Positions 13,601 through 27,485 of a DNA stretch of 64,000 nucleotides are shown here, piece by piece. How positions within the stretch are numbered: position 1 is the first letter of the stretch; each line of letters begins with the position of its first letter. The notes beneath the pieces were generated by a model. The model did no database searches, was not told where the DNA came from, and worked only from the letters and a program-made list of their open reading frames with translations. The stretch spans positions 62,001 to 126,000 of the forward strand of contig RSEE01000118.1 of assembly GCA_003971905.1 (NCBI GenBank), given 5' to 3'. The stretch is from Moniliella sp. 'wahieum'. Taxonomy: Eukaryota. Position numbers and translations under genes: made by a program.

Positions 13601-13962
13601 GTTGGTCGACACGCTGCAGGCTGCCGAGGTGGATAGCGAGGGGCTGCATGCCTGGCTCGCCGAGCTGGCCCAGCAGGCCGCGCAGTGTGCCACGCCGTTG
13701 GACTTGCTGCGCATCAGCAATGGCGCGGTACGTGTGTACCGTGCGGCGCAGCTCAAGGGAGTGGGTCTGGACGAGGCGGACCGTGCGGCTGGCACAGCTG
13801 GCGGAGCAGGTGGAGACGAGGGCGAGCCAGTTGGTCGACCGCTTGGCGCAGGCCAAGTTGATCCCCTGGCTTCCCGACCCGAGCGGGCCCGTGGCGGCCG
13901 CGTCGGTCGCGGCGTGCCGGACAGCGACCAGCCAAGCGGCCAGTGTGTTGCGCTCCTTGTGA
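10644..13962 (+). CDS. MDM20: NatB N-terminal acetyltransferase auxiliary subunit (Mdm20/NAA25)
   Basis: YFWWS, LFLPLAERMI, DYFATFSSKPCAYEDL, KQLPPTEMQPADDL, SPKGYKLRLLLIRI..LG, AIQLDSMAH, FEFGNY..EEL. GT..AG introns near 11016-11108 and about 11405-11515. Confidence 0.88.
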
Positions 13963-14205
13963 TCCTTCTCTCGTGCATCGTCGGACCACGTATGGATATT
14001 TGCCGATGTCCCGTGATCCAAAGCTCGCGACTACAGAGGAGAACAGAACAGAGTGGGGAGCGAAATCGCATGCAGATGGGGTGCGCAGAAGTGTGTGGTG
14101 ATCAGCTATACAGTGGCCTGCGAAGGACGGGGAGGGAGGGAGAAAGAGAGATGGTACAGGGACTAGCAAAGACAGTAAGGGGAGTACGGAAGAGGGGGAG
14201 GGGCA

Positions 14206-15389
14206 TCACATGTCGTCCATGTCGGCCGGGATGGTGACCGTCTCTCCTGGTTTGAAAGCGGGGAGACCAAGGAACGGACAGGAGGAGCAGCGGAACGCGT
14301 CGCCGAGGAAGCACGAGCCACACGAAGAGGTAGCGCCCTTGGTTTACCTGGATCCGCTTGACCTTTTTCGTGCGCCCATCGACCCCGGTCACGGTCTCGA
14401 TGATTTCCCGGCGGATCGTCGCGCCGGGCTCGGGGGCAGGCGGGGGCGCGGCCGAGCCGGGGGGCAAGTCCTGCTCCCTCGTCGAGCATCATACACACTG
14501 TCAGTGACGCCTTTGAGCTGGGGAGGTTGCGCTTGCGCTTGCGCTTCCTCTGCCTCCTCCAGTTTGCGCAAGCCGCAGGTGCAGCCCTTGCAAGCGCGTT
14601 TGCGCCGTTTGGACCCAGCGAGGGAGAAGCCCGGTTGAACCGGGGCACAGTCGGCGCCCTTGATGCGCGAAGGGTTGATCCGGTCTTGAGATGTGAGCAG
14701 GCTTTCGGGATCGACTACGCCCGGAGCGGTGGTGGACAAGGTGGTTGCCCACAGCGACCGTTTGGGGCCCTTGGATCGGTTGAGAGACACACGTGCATTG
14801 GTATTCCCGTTGGCTAGGTTGGTCGAAGTCGCCCGAAGCGGCAGAGAGACCGAGGCGGCGATCGGCGCAGCCAAAGCCGCGCTGGCCCGTTTGGTGCCGG
14901 CCACCGAGCCCGGCGTAATTTCCGTGTCAGCCAGGCCTGCCAGAAGCAGCTCCCCACGCACCCGCTTCGCAAGCGTCTCGTCCCACCCCGTTTCTCCCGC
15001 ATGCACAACGGTCAGGCGAGCGCCATCAACCAGCGCGGTGTGGACGGCGGAAAGCAAGGACTGGGTCTTGGTGTCGACAGCGTCGCCCAGGGGCATGACC
15101 AGGATGGCCTCGTCAAACAGCGATGGACTCAGCTCCGCACCTGGCAAGCGGGCAGAGCAAGGACGCGCATGTCAGCAAAGGCGCCACGCAGAGCAGAGCA
15201 GAGCAGAGCAGAGCAGAGCAGAGCAGAGCAGGGTATACCCACGCACCTCCGTCGTGATGCGGTCGGCCATGTACATCTCGACCTTGCGCTGGCGGCGGAC
15301 TGTTGCTCGACGATGCGCTGGTAGGAGCCATCGGCGGCGGCGGTGAGTGTGCTGACGACGAGCACGGGCATGTCGGGGGCAGCGGACAT
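14206..15389 (-). CDS. DRE2: Fe-S cluster assembly protein Dre2/anamorsin
   Basis: C...[14 protein letters not shown] and [32 protein letters not shown] (read directly from 14206-14340). Intron 15141-15246. Confidence 0.95.
15188..15231. repeat. (GCAGA)n pentanucleotide microsatellite in DRE2 intron
   Basis: About 8-9 perfect GCAGA units. Confidence 0.95.
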
Positions 15390-15991
15390 GGCGGGCGGAG
15401 GAGGCGAGTGCGTGGTGCGTGCGCGTGGTGGAGGTGGAGGGTGCGGTGGCGAGAGGCTAGGCGGCGGCCGCCAAGGTGCGTGCTGGGCCGGGCGGAGTGC
15501 TTGGGTGTGCTTTGGTGCCCGCCATGGCCGTCGGAAATTTTTAAACAACAGGGCGAGCCCAGATCACCCATCCAGCATCACCCATCGCTCGATCACACCA
15601 TTCCATTCCCCTGCAGCTTCCGCCCGCCGCTCGCTGTCGCCGAATTAACTCCGTCCCAGATGGGCGCACACTACACTACTATTCTGTCCGTTACCCAACC
15701 ACAACCGGCCATCGTACAGGCAGGAGAACAGGGGTATACTCTAGGACCTTATGGTCTCAATCCACTGATTCGCCAACTAATAAGATGTGTGCGTGATACA
15801 GATGCGGCCGCAGACCGACCCGCCGTTTAGGCAGTGGTATGCGCCGGAAGAGGGAGGGGAGGGGGAGGGGGAGGGGGAGGGGGGGAAGCACGTGAGGCAG
15901 AAGATGAGACATGCCGCCGTTGGAGGGCGGAGAGGAGGGCGGAGCCAAGCGGCGGAAGCAGCCACGGGCGTATCCGCTCGAGAAGAGCGCT

Positions 15992-17539
15992 TTACTGGGC
16001 AACATGCACCGCGGCGTGACCGAGCGAGCGCTGTTTTTTGGCAGCGAGCGCGCCCAGTGCGGCGCCGACGCCCGAGCCGTCTTTGGCCAGAGCAAGCTGC
16101 ACGCGCTGGGCCGTGGGTGCACCCAAGATCTCGGCAATGGCATCGAGGATGCGTTGCTGGAAGTGGGGGTAGAGCTCGACCAGCGATCCATCCACACCCA
16201 CCTTGAGCGGGCCCGTCGACTGGGACGAGCCGAGCGCTGGTGGGCTTTCTGGCTGGAGCGGGAGCCCTCGACGGGCGGAGCGTTGCCCGTGTGGATAATG
16301 ATCGCGGCAATCGCCACGGCCGACAGACGGGCCGCGCGAGGCCCACCCACCGACACCCCGCCGCACCGCTTCCACATCCCGCGCGTCACCTTGTCCTCTG
16401 GCACACCGAGCTTGTTGACCAGCGCGTCGCGCGTCTTGTTGCTTGGGTCGTCCGCGGGCACGCCCGAGTCAATGTCCGCCTCGATGAGGGACATGATGTA
16501 CGTCTCGAGCTGGTATTTGTTGTTGAGGCAGTCCGAAGCAAAGCCGTCAAAGAGCAGCAGCTGGTCAATCATGTTGACCAGGATCGAACGGAAGACTTCG
16601 CCGAGGTACATGCCACTGATCATCTTTTCGAAAATGTGGTGCCGCTGACGGAGGGAAGTGCGGTCGACTTTGTTGTCGTACTGCGTCACGGGCAGGACCT
16701 TGCGGGAATTGTCAAAGCTGCCCCACTCGGTGTTGATGATCATGTGGGTCGGCGCCTTGGCGCCTTGGTCCACGGAAATCTTCGGCACGGAGGACAGGTT
16801 CTCCATGTAGGCACCGTTCGTGCCTGTACCAAAGATGGCACCGAGCAGCGAGCCGCCCTGGTGGTACGCCGAGGTGAGCAGCGTGCCCACTGTATCGTTG
16901 ACCAGGCTTCCACCTTGACCTTGAGATGGCGCTTGTCCAAAGCATTCTGCAGCAGCGCCACCACGTCCTTGCCCACACCATCGGGACAGTTGAACCCCTT
17001 GGTCCAGATCATTAGTGTGCCCGAGTCAATGGATGTTTGCTCTACGGGGAAGGAGAAGGTGAAGCCCATGGGAAGATAGGCCTCGCCCTCGTCCACCTCG
17101 GTGCCGTAATCGTTGAGGAAGGTGTCGACCGACTCGGCCATGTAGGCAAACAGGTTACCTATCGGCCCGGTCTTGAGGCTGTCGAGAACCTTGTACTTTT
17201 CTTGCTGCATGGTAAAGCTGCCCTTGCCGTCAAGCGTGATGGCGCACACACGCAGGTTGGTGCCGCCCAAGTCGAGGGCGAGGTAGGTGCCGCGTTCGGT
17301 GCCGTCGGGCAGGCCGGTGACAAAGGTGGGGATCATGGCCATTTCTGCGCCCTGGTTGGCCAGTCCAATATCCATCAGCTCGCTAAAGTGGTCCACAATG
17401 TCAAGCAGTGGGTGCGGGAGAGGGTGAAGTCGCGCTCAATGTTGCCCAGCACATGGGCCAGGGTCATGCCATTGACACCGACATGGTCAGCGCCAAAGCG
17501 GGTGTCGGGGGTGCCGTCTTCATGTACTCCAGGAGCCAT
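15992..17539 (-). CDS. HXK: Hexokinase (frameshifted)
   Basis: MIPTFVTGLPDGTERGTYLALDLGGTNLRV, MGFTFSFP, WTKGF, GAIFGTGTNGAY, INTEWGSFD, FEKMISGMYLGE, AKDGSGVGAAL. Confidence 0.95.
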
Positions 17540-20500
17540 GGTGAGTAAGGGTGTTGTCGTGAGCGAGTAGGAGGCAGGGGGGGGGGGTGAGGTGGTGGGG
17601 AAGAACAGAAAAACGGATGCAAAGGGCAGCTGAGGGTTAGGGAGACTACATATGGTTCACTTGCAGCGAGCCAGAATTGTGGGGTGACCGCTGACCAGTG
17701 AGCGAAGACGGATGGGTGACGGGCGAGCGGGTGAGATCTGAGACTCGCCGCTGAGACTCGCAAAACAGATCCAGCTGGGCTGGGCTGGCTGGTCAGGCCG
17801 GTCAGGCCGGTCAGGTCAGGCCTCAGTGAGGGCTCAGGCGCACTGGCTGGCACTGGTGGGCGCTGGCTGGGCACCTGGGTGACAGCTAGTGACTAGCTTG
17901 TCCAGGTCACCCACAGAATTGGGGATTGGGGGGAAGGGAGTGACTAGGGAGCAGCAAGGCAGCAGACGACGCACCGCGCGGAGGCAAGATGTGTGCCTAG
18001 TTGTCTGTGGTCGATCGTGAACGACGCCATTCTTACTAGTTACTAGATACTCCTCTCTCCAGGCAAGACAGGTCGAATGTCTGTGCCTCGCCGCCAAGGC
18101 ACACCTGTTAGTTTTGCTGGGGCGTGGAACGCAAAGAGAACGATGGTTCAATGTCCCCTGTGGGTTACGTTGACCTGATGCCCGGGCCGCCCCAGCTCAG
18201 CGCTCACAGTACGCCGAGAGAGAACGAATGAGAACATGCATTTACCGGCTGAATCAGGCGAAAACTGAGGAACTGAGGCCACTAGCGGCAGGCACCATTC
18301 ATCCCAATTGGCATCTCCTTCAGCTCTCTGTCCTTCATCAGATCCACAGCCTGGATGAGGACCGCCTCTCTTCCGAAACGACAAGGCCGCGTCGCCTAAC
18401 CCACCTTGGGAAAACAGACGTCAGATTGCACGGTCCGGGACCTGTTTGGCCGTATTCACGACGTCTTCTTTGAACGGCACCGTCGCTCGGATAGCCTGTG
18501 GCCACCATGGGACTAGACGAGAGGGTATGTGCTGCGCTTGCGCTTTCTTCTCTGCACATCTCTGGTGTCCGCTTTCGCTGCCACTTTGTTCTCCTCGACA
18601 CATACCAATTTCCAACTGCCTCTGCATTACTGCACAGCGGTCATGCCATGCGTCGGGGGGCCAGGGCTGGCCCTAGGGCTGGTGCAATACAAAAGCACAC
18701 GACAAAGCGATCGATGTGATGGGCCCACGTCGCGTAGGAGGCATGCTTGCTTCCGATGGGGTACCGGTTCGTCCTCCGTCTCTCTTGGGCCGCCGGGTGT
18801 TTAACGTTTACGTTTACGGGGCTGGGATGGAGCCACTCTGTCTTGCCAGGAATCGGTGGGCACGGGCGCAGCGACGACCAATGTTTCAAGACACCCCAGC
18901 TGAGCTCCGCCAACGTCTCACTAGACTGCCCGTACCCATGCACCATGCGAGCTTTTTTGCAAGGGTCATCGGCCTCAGGCCTCACCGCGGCCACGCCGAG
19001 CAGAGCGCCTCCCAGATCCCAGATCTCACAACATCCAACACACCCCACCCGTACCTCACGCCTCCCATGCAGCTGGCCATGTCACCGAGGGCAGCCAAGC
19101 ACCCCGAGGCGGCGGTCTGTGCAGGTCTCTGTTCCACCCCCACGCCTGGGTGGGTTTGAATACGGAGCCCCAGACGCCAAAGTGCGCCGACGGCCACGGC
19201 GCGCACGGACCATGCGATTTTCAAACTGCTGCTTGGGGGTTGGCTGGCGCTGCTCTTGCGTTGTAATTCAGCGCGCTGAGCTCAGCCTGAGCTGAACGTT
19301 GAACCCCCGGCAGGCCGCAGCGCCTCAGCGCGGCGTTGTGCGCCACTGCTGCGCCTCAGCACCCTGGCATTTGAAATTTGACCACTGAAATCTTGGCTGC
19401 GACCATCCACATCCTCCATCCTTCCATCTTCCCATTTCAGATTTCAATTTCAAGGTGAAAAACACCCAGTCGAGGCCGGAACGGAATACCGCTTGGGGTC
19501 ACTAGTCACTCTCCGCGTCCCAGGCCAGGCCGCATCGTCACAGGTCCTCATATCACCGCCCTGTCACACTGGCGGATGCCCGTTGTCACATGCCACATGC
19601 CATGCCCAAATCACCCGTCCCATGCCACACGTCAGTCATACGCCGTGTCCAGAGTGCATGACGTCATCACCTTGTTTCCCCCTTCCCAGCCGGAGAAAAT
19701 GAATGCTCTTGGAGGCTGAACATCTGAACTTCAGAGTTGAGGCCTTCCGCGCCCCGGCGGAACCTAGCAATTAAACTTGCAATTCTGCTTGATGGCCCTT
19801 CGTGTTTCGAACGCCCCCCGCTCGTCCTCGTTTTTTCTTACTCATTGCCTGCGTCCTTGTTGTGGCCCCGGCGGACGGCCTTTCGTTGCGCAAGGTCCTG
19901 CTCTCGCTTGGCCTCTATCGTGCAATGCTAGAACAGCTGTCTTTCGTTACCGTCTACCGGCCTCAGCCTCCTGCATTTGGCGTCGCGAACGGCCCATTTT
20001 TTGAGCGGGAACACCCTCCGCCGCGCGCTCCGTCCCCAACCTGGTGGAAACCTGATTGGATCTCAACCTCTCAACTTACTTGCGTCGTGGGCTTGGGGTT
20101 GTCGTGGTTTCTTGGACCTGTTGTTTCCCAAATCGCTTGTTTCATGGAATTTTATCGCGATTCCCTACCAGTTTCCCTCGTTTCGTAGTCCACTCTCCTC
20201 CTAAACTTTCTTCCAATAGGCGATGACTACGACCTCCCACAGCCGGAGGCCTACGGTACGTCGGTCGTCGGCCGTGCTGGCTCACGCAGGCGGGTCCAAC
20301 TTCCCGGTCACGGGACATTCATGCCAAGCGCGTGTGGGTCAGCACAGCAACCGCCACAGTCTAAGGCCCGAGATGGGGCAGAAAGATCAAACGAAGCAGA
20401 GAGAGCGACCAGTGCCATGGGCGCTAGGTAGAGTCGCGTCTCGCCATCGACGACACAAAGACCGCTCCATGACACTGGGTACGTCTCGATGGCAAGAGCA

Positions 20501-20688
20501 AGTACGCATCCCAGCGTCAACGAAATGACGACCAGAGAAGAAACAGCGGGATACATGGAGGGGGAGGAAGGCGATGAAGAAAAAAAGGAGGAGAATGTTG
20601 GCGAAAAGGGGAGGAGGGTGGGGGAGGCGGTGCTTGGCCATGGGTGAGCGGGGGCGGGGGCGAGCCACTGAGCTTGGGCCAGCCGCAT

Positions 20689-20985
20689 TTAGTCCTCGAA
20701 GCGCAGGTCGGCGCGTTTGGGCCCTACGTGGGCAGAGGTAGGCAGACAGACAAGTCAGTGAGTGGGACGGAACGACGTGAGAGAGGCGAGACTGGCACGC
20801 ACTGATGATGGGGTGCAACTGGGCCATGTAGACGATGGCCCACATGAGGTAGCAGCAGGTGAGGGCGAGGAGGATGGAGGAGCGGATGAGGGTCTGGTTG
20901 GGGCCTTTCTTGCTGGTCAAGGCCAGGAGCCTGCGCCAGCGCCGCAGGCAAGGATGCCGACCCAGATGGGAACCCAGCCAGACAG
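20689..20985 (-). CDS. VMA9: V-ATPase V0 subunit e
   Basis: KGPNQTLIRSSILLALTCCYLMWAIVYMAQLHPI, intron 20724-20802, last exon ..PKRADLRFED*. The expected ATG reads CTG at 20983-20985. Confidence 0.85.
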
Positions 20986-21392
20986 GAGAGAGAAAGCGCG
21001 GACGGGGTGGGGGCGGTGGTGGGAGGGGGCGCGGGCGCGGCCAGCGTTCGTTCAGAGGCGAGGGGGCGGCCGGCAGGCGTGGCAACGGGCTAGTCTGGGC
21101 TGGGCTGCTGATGTAATCCACCACCAACCCGCAAGGGCGCCAGGCGCTGCTGGGTGAACTGGGCCGCAGAGTGAAACGTGCAAAACGGCCGGCGGCGATT
21201 ACCCACCCCGGGCGGAATGGCCATGTGCGCGGAACCAGACGGGTTCGGGGCGCGCGGCGGCGGGGATCGGTGCAACGGCGGCGGGCCTAATTTTTTTCGG
21301 GCAGGCAGCGCCGGCCGCTGGCTGGCGTCCGACCACCACACTGCTTCTTCCGCCGCCCTCTCCGTCTCTTCTGCCGGCCAGGCGTGCGCACG

Positions 21393-24300
21393 ATGGATCC
21401 CAGTGTGCCCATTTCTGGCCGCATCACCGCCGCATCCTTCTCCTTCCTCTCCGCCGACGAGATCCGCGCCATCTCCGTCAAGCCCGTCACCAACCCCATC
21501 CTCTTTGACAGCGCCAACCTGCCACCGACGGCGGCCTCTACGACCCCGTCTTTGGCCCGCTCGACAAGGCATCCATGTACGCCCCCTCCCCCTGCCCCCG
21601 GCCCCCTGCCCCGCTGCTGACCCCGTCCCCGCCAGCTGCAAGACATGCTACCTCGTCCTTTGAGTGCCCCGGGCACTTTGGCCACATCAGCCTCCCCGCC
21701 CCCGTCTTCCACCCGCTCTTCATGACGCACATGCACAAGATGCTGCGTGGCACGTGCTTGTACTGCCACCGCTTCCGCGTGCCGGACGAGCTGCTGGCCA
21801 AGTTTGCTGGCGCGCTGCGGCTGCTGGAGTACGGGCTGGTGCAAGCGGCGGATGCGCTGATGAGTCAGCATCCCCATGGCATTTCGCCGCCGAGCTCTTG
21901 GCCGACGCCAACGACCTGCGCTCCCGCAAGGACAAGGACGCCAATGCGCTGACCCAGGACGACGGCGACGCAGGCGCGATCCAACTGGAGAACAAGGAGC
22001 AGGACCGCGAGACGATTGCCGAATTCATTGCCCGTCTGAAGAAGGAGGTTGCGGCCACGATCAATGCCCACCTCAAGCTCCACTCTTCCTCCCGCGAACA
22101 GGCGCAGGACAACGCGACGTTTGACCTGCGAAGTCGCTGATTCGCAGTTCCTGGCAGAGATTTCGAAGCGTAAGCGCTGCCCGCACTGCTCTGCGTACGT
22201 TGTCTTTCCTTTTTTTGCGCCTCGCTCGCCCCCCTCTCGTTCTACAGGGTGAGTCGCTGACACGTGTGATCTGCTTAGGGTTTCCCCGCGCTCCGCAAGG
22301 ACGGCGCGGTGAAGATTGTAGAGGAGTTGCAGCTGGCCGAGCGCGAGGTGCAAGCAACTACAAGCTGGGCATGGCTCGCCCTGATGTCTTCCGTGCGGTG
22401 GCCAACCGTCAGCTGAAAAAAGCAGCGCGCGGCCGCTGGCGATGCGACAATGACGCAATGGACGTCGACGAGGAGGATGACTCGGACGCGGAAGCCAACG
22501 TGGTTGCAGCTCGAGCGGTAAGGCCACTGGCAGTACTGGCCGGTCTACGCGTGTGATGCCCCGACGAGTGCCGGGCCAAGCGGTTGCTGTTTGCGAATGA
22601 GGCGGAGCTTTGCACGCTTCTGTTTGGTCGGCTGGGCAAGACGGATTCATCCATGATGAACGTGCCCGAGTCGTCGGTCAGTGCCACGCGGCATGGTGCG
22701 AACCCGGATGTGTTTTTGTCGATGTGCTTGCTGTGCCGCCTACCCGCTTCGTCCGCCGTCGATGATGAACGGCAAGGTGTTTGAGAATGCGCAGAACGAA
22801 AGCTTGACCAAGGTCATCAAGCGTGGCGCCAAGGTGACCGAGTTGAACGATGCGTTGCAGCGGTCCGCGATGCATGCGCCGCTCGACCCAAGTCTGTCGG
22901 AAGGGGAGCGCATCGCAGCCGAGAAGGCGCATGCCAAGATGCGGCTGCAGACGTACGAGTCGCTGCTGGGGGCGATGATTCAATTGCAAGTGGATGTCAA
23001 CTCGTTTATGGACTCGACCAAGAACCCGGCGGCCAGCACGGGCCGGGCGGTACCGACGGGTGTCAAGCAGCTGATGGAAAAGAAGGAAGGTCTCTTCCGC
23101 AAGAACATGATGGGCAAGCGTGTCAACTTTGCCGCTCGCTCCGTATCTCCCGACGTGAACATTGAGACGAACGAGATTGGTGTGCGCCCGTGTTTGCCAA
23201 GAAACTTACCTACCCCGAACGTGTCACGCCGCACAATGTGGACCACCTTGCGCAACTCGTCATCAATGGCCCTCACGTCCACCCTGGCGCTGTCTCGATT
23301 CGCATGGAGGACGGAAGCGAGACGGTGCTGACCAAGTTGAGCAAGGAAGATCGTACGGCCCTTGCTCGCCAACTGCTCACCCCACAACAAGACTTGTCGC
23401 GCACCTACACGGGCGGGTACAGCAACCAGTACCAAGCGACCCGGACCAATGTGGCGAACAAGGTCGTGATGCGCCACCTGCAGGACGGCGACATTGTGGT
23501 AATGAACCGACAGCCGACGTTGCACAAGCCCTCGATGATGGCCCACAAGGCCCGGGTGCTGCATGGAGAGCGGACGATCGGATGCACTACGCCAACTGCA
23601 ACTCGTACAATGCCGACTTTGACGGCGACGAGATGAACATGCACTTTCCCCAGAGCGAGGCGGCGCGGGCAGAATGCTACAACATTGCCAACACGGACAA
23701 ACCAGTACTTGGTGCCCACGTCGGGCAACCCGCTGCGTGGTCTGATCCAGGACCACGTGGTGGCGGGAACGTGGATGACGTGCAAAGACTCGCTCTTTAC
23801 CCGGGCGAGTACCAACAGCTCCTGTACGGCGCGTTGCGTCCGGAGAATGGCTACTCGGGCGGCGGACGCGTGCTGACAATGCCGCCTGCGATCCTCAAGC
23901 CGCAGCCGCGCTGGACGGGCAAGCAAATCATTTCCACCGTCCTGCTCAACATTCGCAAGCTGCCCCTTACCAGGGGCTCAACCTCCACTCCAAGGCCAAG
24001 GTGGGCGCCAAGTTCTGGGGCAAGGACCATGCGTTGGAGGAGCAAGGGCAAGTGATTGTGTCGGATGGCGAGCTGGTGTCGGGCGTGCTGGACAAGTCGC
24101 AGTTTGGTGCCAGTCGTACGGGTTGGTGCACGCGGTGTACGAGGTGTATGGGTCGGAGATTGCCGGGAAATTGCTCTCGATCCTGTCTCGTCTCTTCTCC
24201 AAGTTCCTCCAACACCGTGCGTTCACGTGCCGGATGGACGACCTGTGCCTCAGCCCCCAGGGCGACGGGACCGTCGTCGCATTCTGGCCGAGAAGACGGA

Positions 24301-26859
24301 TGTCGGTCTGGAGGCGGCACTCAAGACGGTGGGCTTGACGGGAAGAAGACCCGAACGATCCCAACAAAGCAGAACTTGCTGCTCCGGTTGGAAGAGGTGC
24401 TGCGGGACGACAACAAGCAAGCGGCACTGGATTCGGAAGCCATGTCGGCCGCCAACGACATTACCAGTTCGGTAATCAAGGCGACCATTCCCGACGGTCT
24501 CTACCGCAAGTTCCCCCACAACCACATGCAGATGATGACCGTGTCGGGCGCCAAGGGTTCCCCGGTCAATGTGTCTTCGATCTCGTGTATGCTGGGCCAA
24601 CAAGCGCTCGAGGGCCGGCGTGTGGCCGGTGATGGTGAGTGGCAAGACGTGCCCTCGCTTCCGTCCGTTTGAGACGGCGCCCATTGCAGGTGGCTACGTG
24701 GCCGGGCGTTTCTTGACGGCATCAATCGCCGCAAGAGTACTACTTCCACTGCATGGCCGTCGTGAAGGGTTGATTGACACGGCGGTCAAGACGTCGCGTT
24801 CGGGTACTTGCAGCGTTGCTTGATCAAGCACTTGGAAGGCGTGCACGTTGCCTACGACCACACGGTGCGCAACCACGATGGTACGGTGCTGCAGTTCTTC
24901 TATGGTGAAGATGGGCTGGACGTGACCAAATCCAAGTACTTGGAGCAGTTTGACTTTACCGCGCGCAACCTCGAGAGCTTCAAGCAGCGCTACCACTTTG
25001 ACGAGTTGGCCGAGCTCATCGACAAGGGCGTGGTGCAGGACGAAGAGGCTGCAGCGTACATGAAGAAGGCGCTCAAGCACCCTGAAAAGCACCTGCCCGT
25101 CATGAACGTCTTCTCTCCCTCGCGCAACCTGGGCTCCATGTCGGAATCCTTTGCGACCAAGGTAGCCGAGTTTGCTTCGACCAACCCGGACCAGCTGCTG
25201 AGCTTGGGCAAGAAAGAGCGCAGAAAGTTGGCCAAAGCGGGCAAGCCGATTCCGGAAGAAAAAATGCGCTTGGCAGGCCAAGACGACCGTCGAAGCGTTC
25301 AAGGTGATCAACTCGATGCTGTATCGGCAAGCGCGTGGATGCGGGCGAAGCGGTGGGCTGCTGGCTGCCCAGGGGGTTGGTGAACCGTCAACGCAAATGA
25401 CGCTCAACACCTTCCACTTTGCCGGGCACGGTGCCGCCAACGTCACGCTTGGTATCCCGCGTCTGCGTGAGATTGTCATGACGGCCTCGCAGCACATCCA
25501 AACGCCCATTATGCACTTGCCGCTGCTGGAAGGGTACCCCAAGGAGCACGTCAAGCAGCTGTGCAAGGACGGTTCGCGTCTGCTTTTGTCCCAGGTGGTG
25601 GATGAGGCCATCGTCACGGAGCGCATTACTCCCAAATCGGCTGAGACGGGTTGGCAGCGCGCCAAGACGTTTACCGTCCATCTCGACTTTTACCCACCTG
25701 AAGAGACGGCGGAAGAGTACTCGACCACCACGCAGCAGATCCTCCACTGTCTCAAGGTCCAATTTGCGCCCGTGTTTGACAATGAAGTGACGCGCGCCTT
25801 GGACAAGATCCGTCGCGACCGCAACTTGGCACTCAAGACGATTGGCCAAGGTGCCCGCTTCCGTGACCACGTGGACGATGATGGTGAGGAGGAAGACGAA
25901 GAACCATCGGGTCGGCGGGGCGCGGCGGCCAAGGGCCGTCGTAAGGGCAAGAAGGCAGCTGCGCGGGGTGAGGACAGCGAGGAGGAGGAGGAGGAAGACG
26001 GTGGAGATGAAGATGGCGATGCGGACGATGCGAAGCGTTCATCGCGTCGCAAAGGCCAGTCGTCTTACATGGACGATGAGGCGAGCGAAGGGGAGGAATC
26101 CGAGTCGGGCGACTCGGATGCCGAGTCGGAGACGGGCGCTGCGGCAGAGGACTCGGACGACGAGGATGACACCTGGCCAATTCGGCTGCCGACTTGGTCA
26201 CGTACATCCAAGAGCAATCCAAGTACCTCTCGGGCTTCTCGTTTGACACCAAGAAGGGGCTCTGGGCCGAGTTTGAAGTGTCGCTGCCGCGGGACGAGAA
26301 GCTGCTGCTGATCAACTTGGTCGAGTCGGCGTGCCGCAAAGCGGTGATTCGCGAGATTGAGGGCATCAGCCGCATGTTGCCGCCTCAGGCCAAGCCGGGG
26401 GACAAGAAGGCCTCCATCACGGCCGAAGGCATCAACTTCCCCGGCATCTGGGAGTTTGGCTTTGGCAAGGTGGACATGGACCTGATCACGACCAACGACA
26501 TTGGCGCGCTGCTGCACAACTATGGTGTGGAGGCGGCGCGCCAGGCGATCGTCGCTGAGATGGGCGGGATCTTCAAGACGTACGGGATTGGCGTGTCGAT
26601 GCGTCACTTGTATCTGATTGCGGACTACCAAACCGCTCATGGCGGCTTCCGTCCTTTCAACCGGATGGGTCTGGCTACGTCCTCCTCGCCGTTCCAAAAG
26701 GCTTCGTACGAGACGACAATGGGCTTCCTCGGCGACGCTGTGCTCTATGGCGATGCCGACACCCTCTCGACCCCCTCGGGCAAGATTGTGCTCGGCCGCC
26801 CCGTCGCGTCGGGCACGGGCGCCTCGGTGATTCAAATGCCCATGCCAACGGCAGCCTAA
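21393..26859 (+). CDS. RPA190: RNA polymerase I largest subunit (introns plus many indels)
   Basis: SFSFLSADEIRAISVK, ECPGHFGHI, EKKEGLFRKNMMGKRVNFAARS, MNRQPTLHKPS, catalytic YNADFDGDEMN, REGLIDTAVKTSRSG, GEPSTQMTLNTFHFAG..NVTLGIPRLREI, and the Pol I-type acidic loop near the C-terminus. Confidence 0.97.
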
Positions 26860-27485
26860 TCTTCCCGACGGCTTGTTGCTCTGTACTCGAAAAAAAAAAG
26901 TTTTCTCGACTTGTATCCCTTTCCCCCTCCACCCCCCTCATTAACCGCATTGGTATCCTTGTTATCCAGCTCCCTTTATCGTAGTGTTTGTAGCCGACTT
27001 GGGGTAGACGGGCGCTCCTCGTGCACAGTGCAAGAGGTAGGCGTCACTTGCCAATTGCCTGGGCTAGACCAACAGCGTCAAAAATTAGTTAGGGCGTGGG
27101 CAAACTGGAGAGCGGCTAACCCCCGGTAGGGAGCGGGCGTCACCGCATCACCCTACCTACCTGCCCGCTCAGTCTGAGCGACCTGTGCTGTCCACCACTA
27201 CCTAAGCTCACAACCACAAGCTCTCTGTCGTACGTACATAGTCCGCACTCTACGCCAGGCACAGTCAGCTCGACCTGCCGAATGCTTATACCACCTAGCT
27301 TCCGTCCGAGCCGCCTCCACCGACCTGGTCGCCCTTTCCTGTTCCGCACCTCATCCTAGTGTCTGTCCCTTTGGTTCAGCTGTATGTCTTTTTCGCTCTG
27401 CCACCTCTTCCTGCCGCAGCCCTCGACAAAGTGGGAGGGAGCAATCGATGATTTGACTTGGTAGCCACAGCAGTAGGTGGGCAGC

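Noticed and set aside
17540..20680. Protein-coding genes in the 3.1-kb gap between hexokinase and VMA9, and in 9800-10350
   Set aside because: Only short ORFs without recognisable motifs were seen. These are likely regulatory or decayed repeat DNA.
20983..20985. Non-AUG (CTG) start for V-ATPase subunit e
   Set aside because: CC-TG-TCT-GGC-TGG is one missing A from CC-ATG-TCT-GGC-TGG (MSGW). A deletion error is more likely given the error rate.
21393..26859. Pervasive frameshifts in most genes, read as programmed frameshifting, RNA editing or mass pseudogenisation
   Set aside because: Indels hit essential genes (RPA190, URA7, TAH18, DRE2, RPS21), appear to be mostly single-base losses often in short homopolymers, and leave motifs intact on both sides. 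This is typical of an unpolished long-read consensus. Short-read polishing would settle it.
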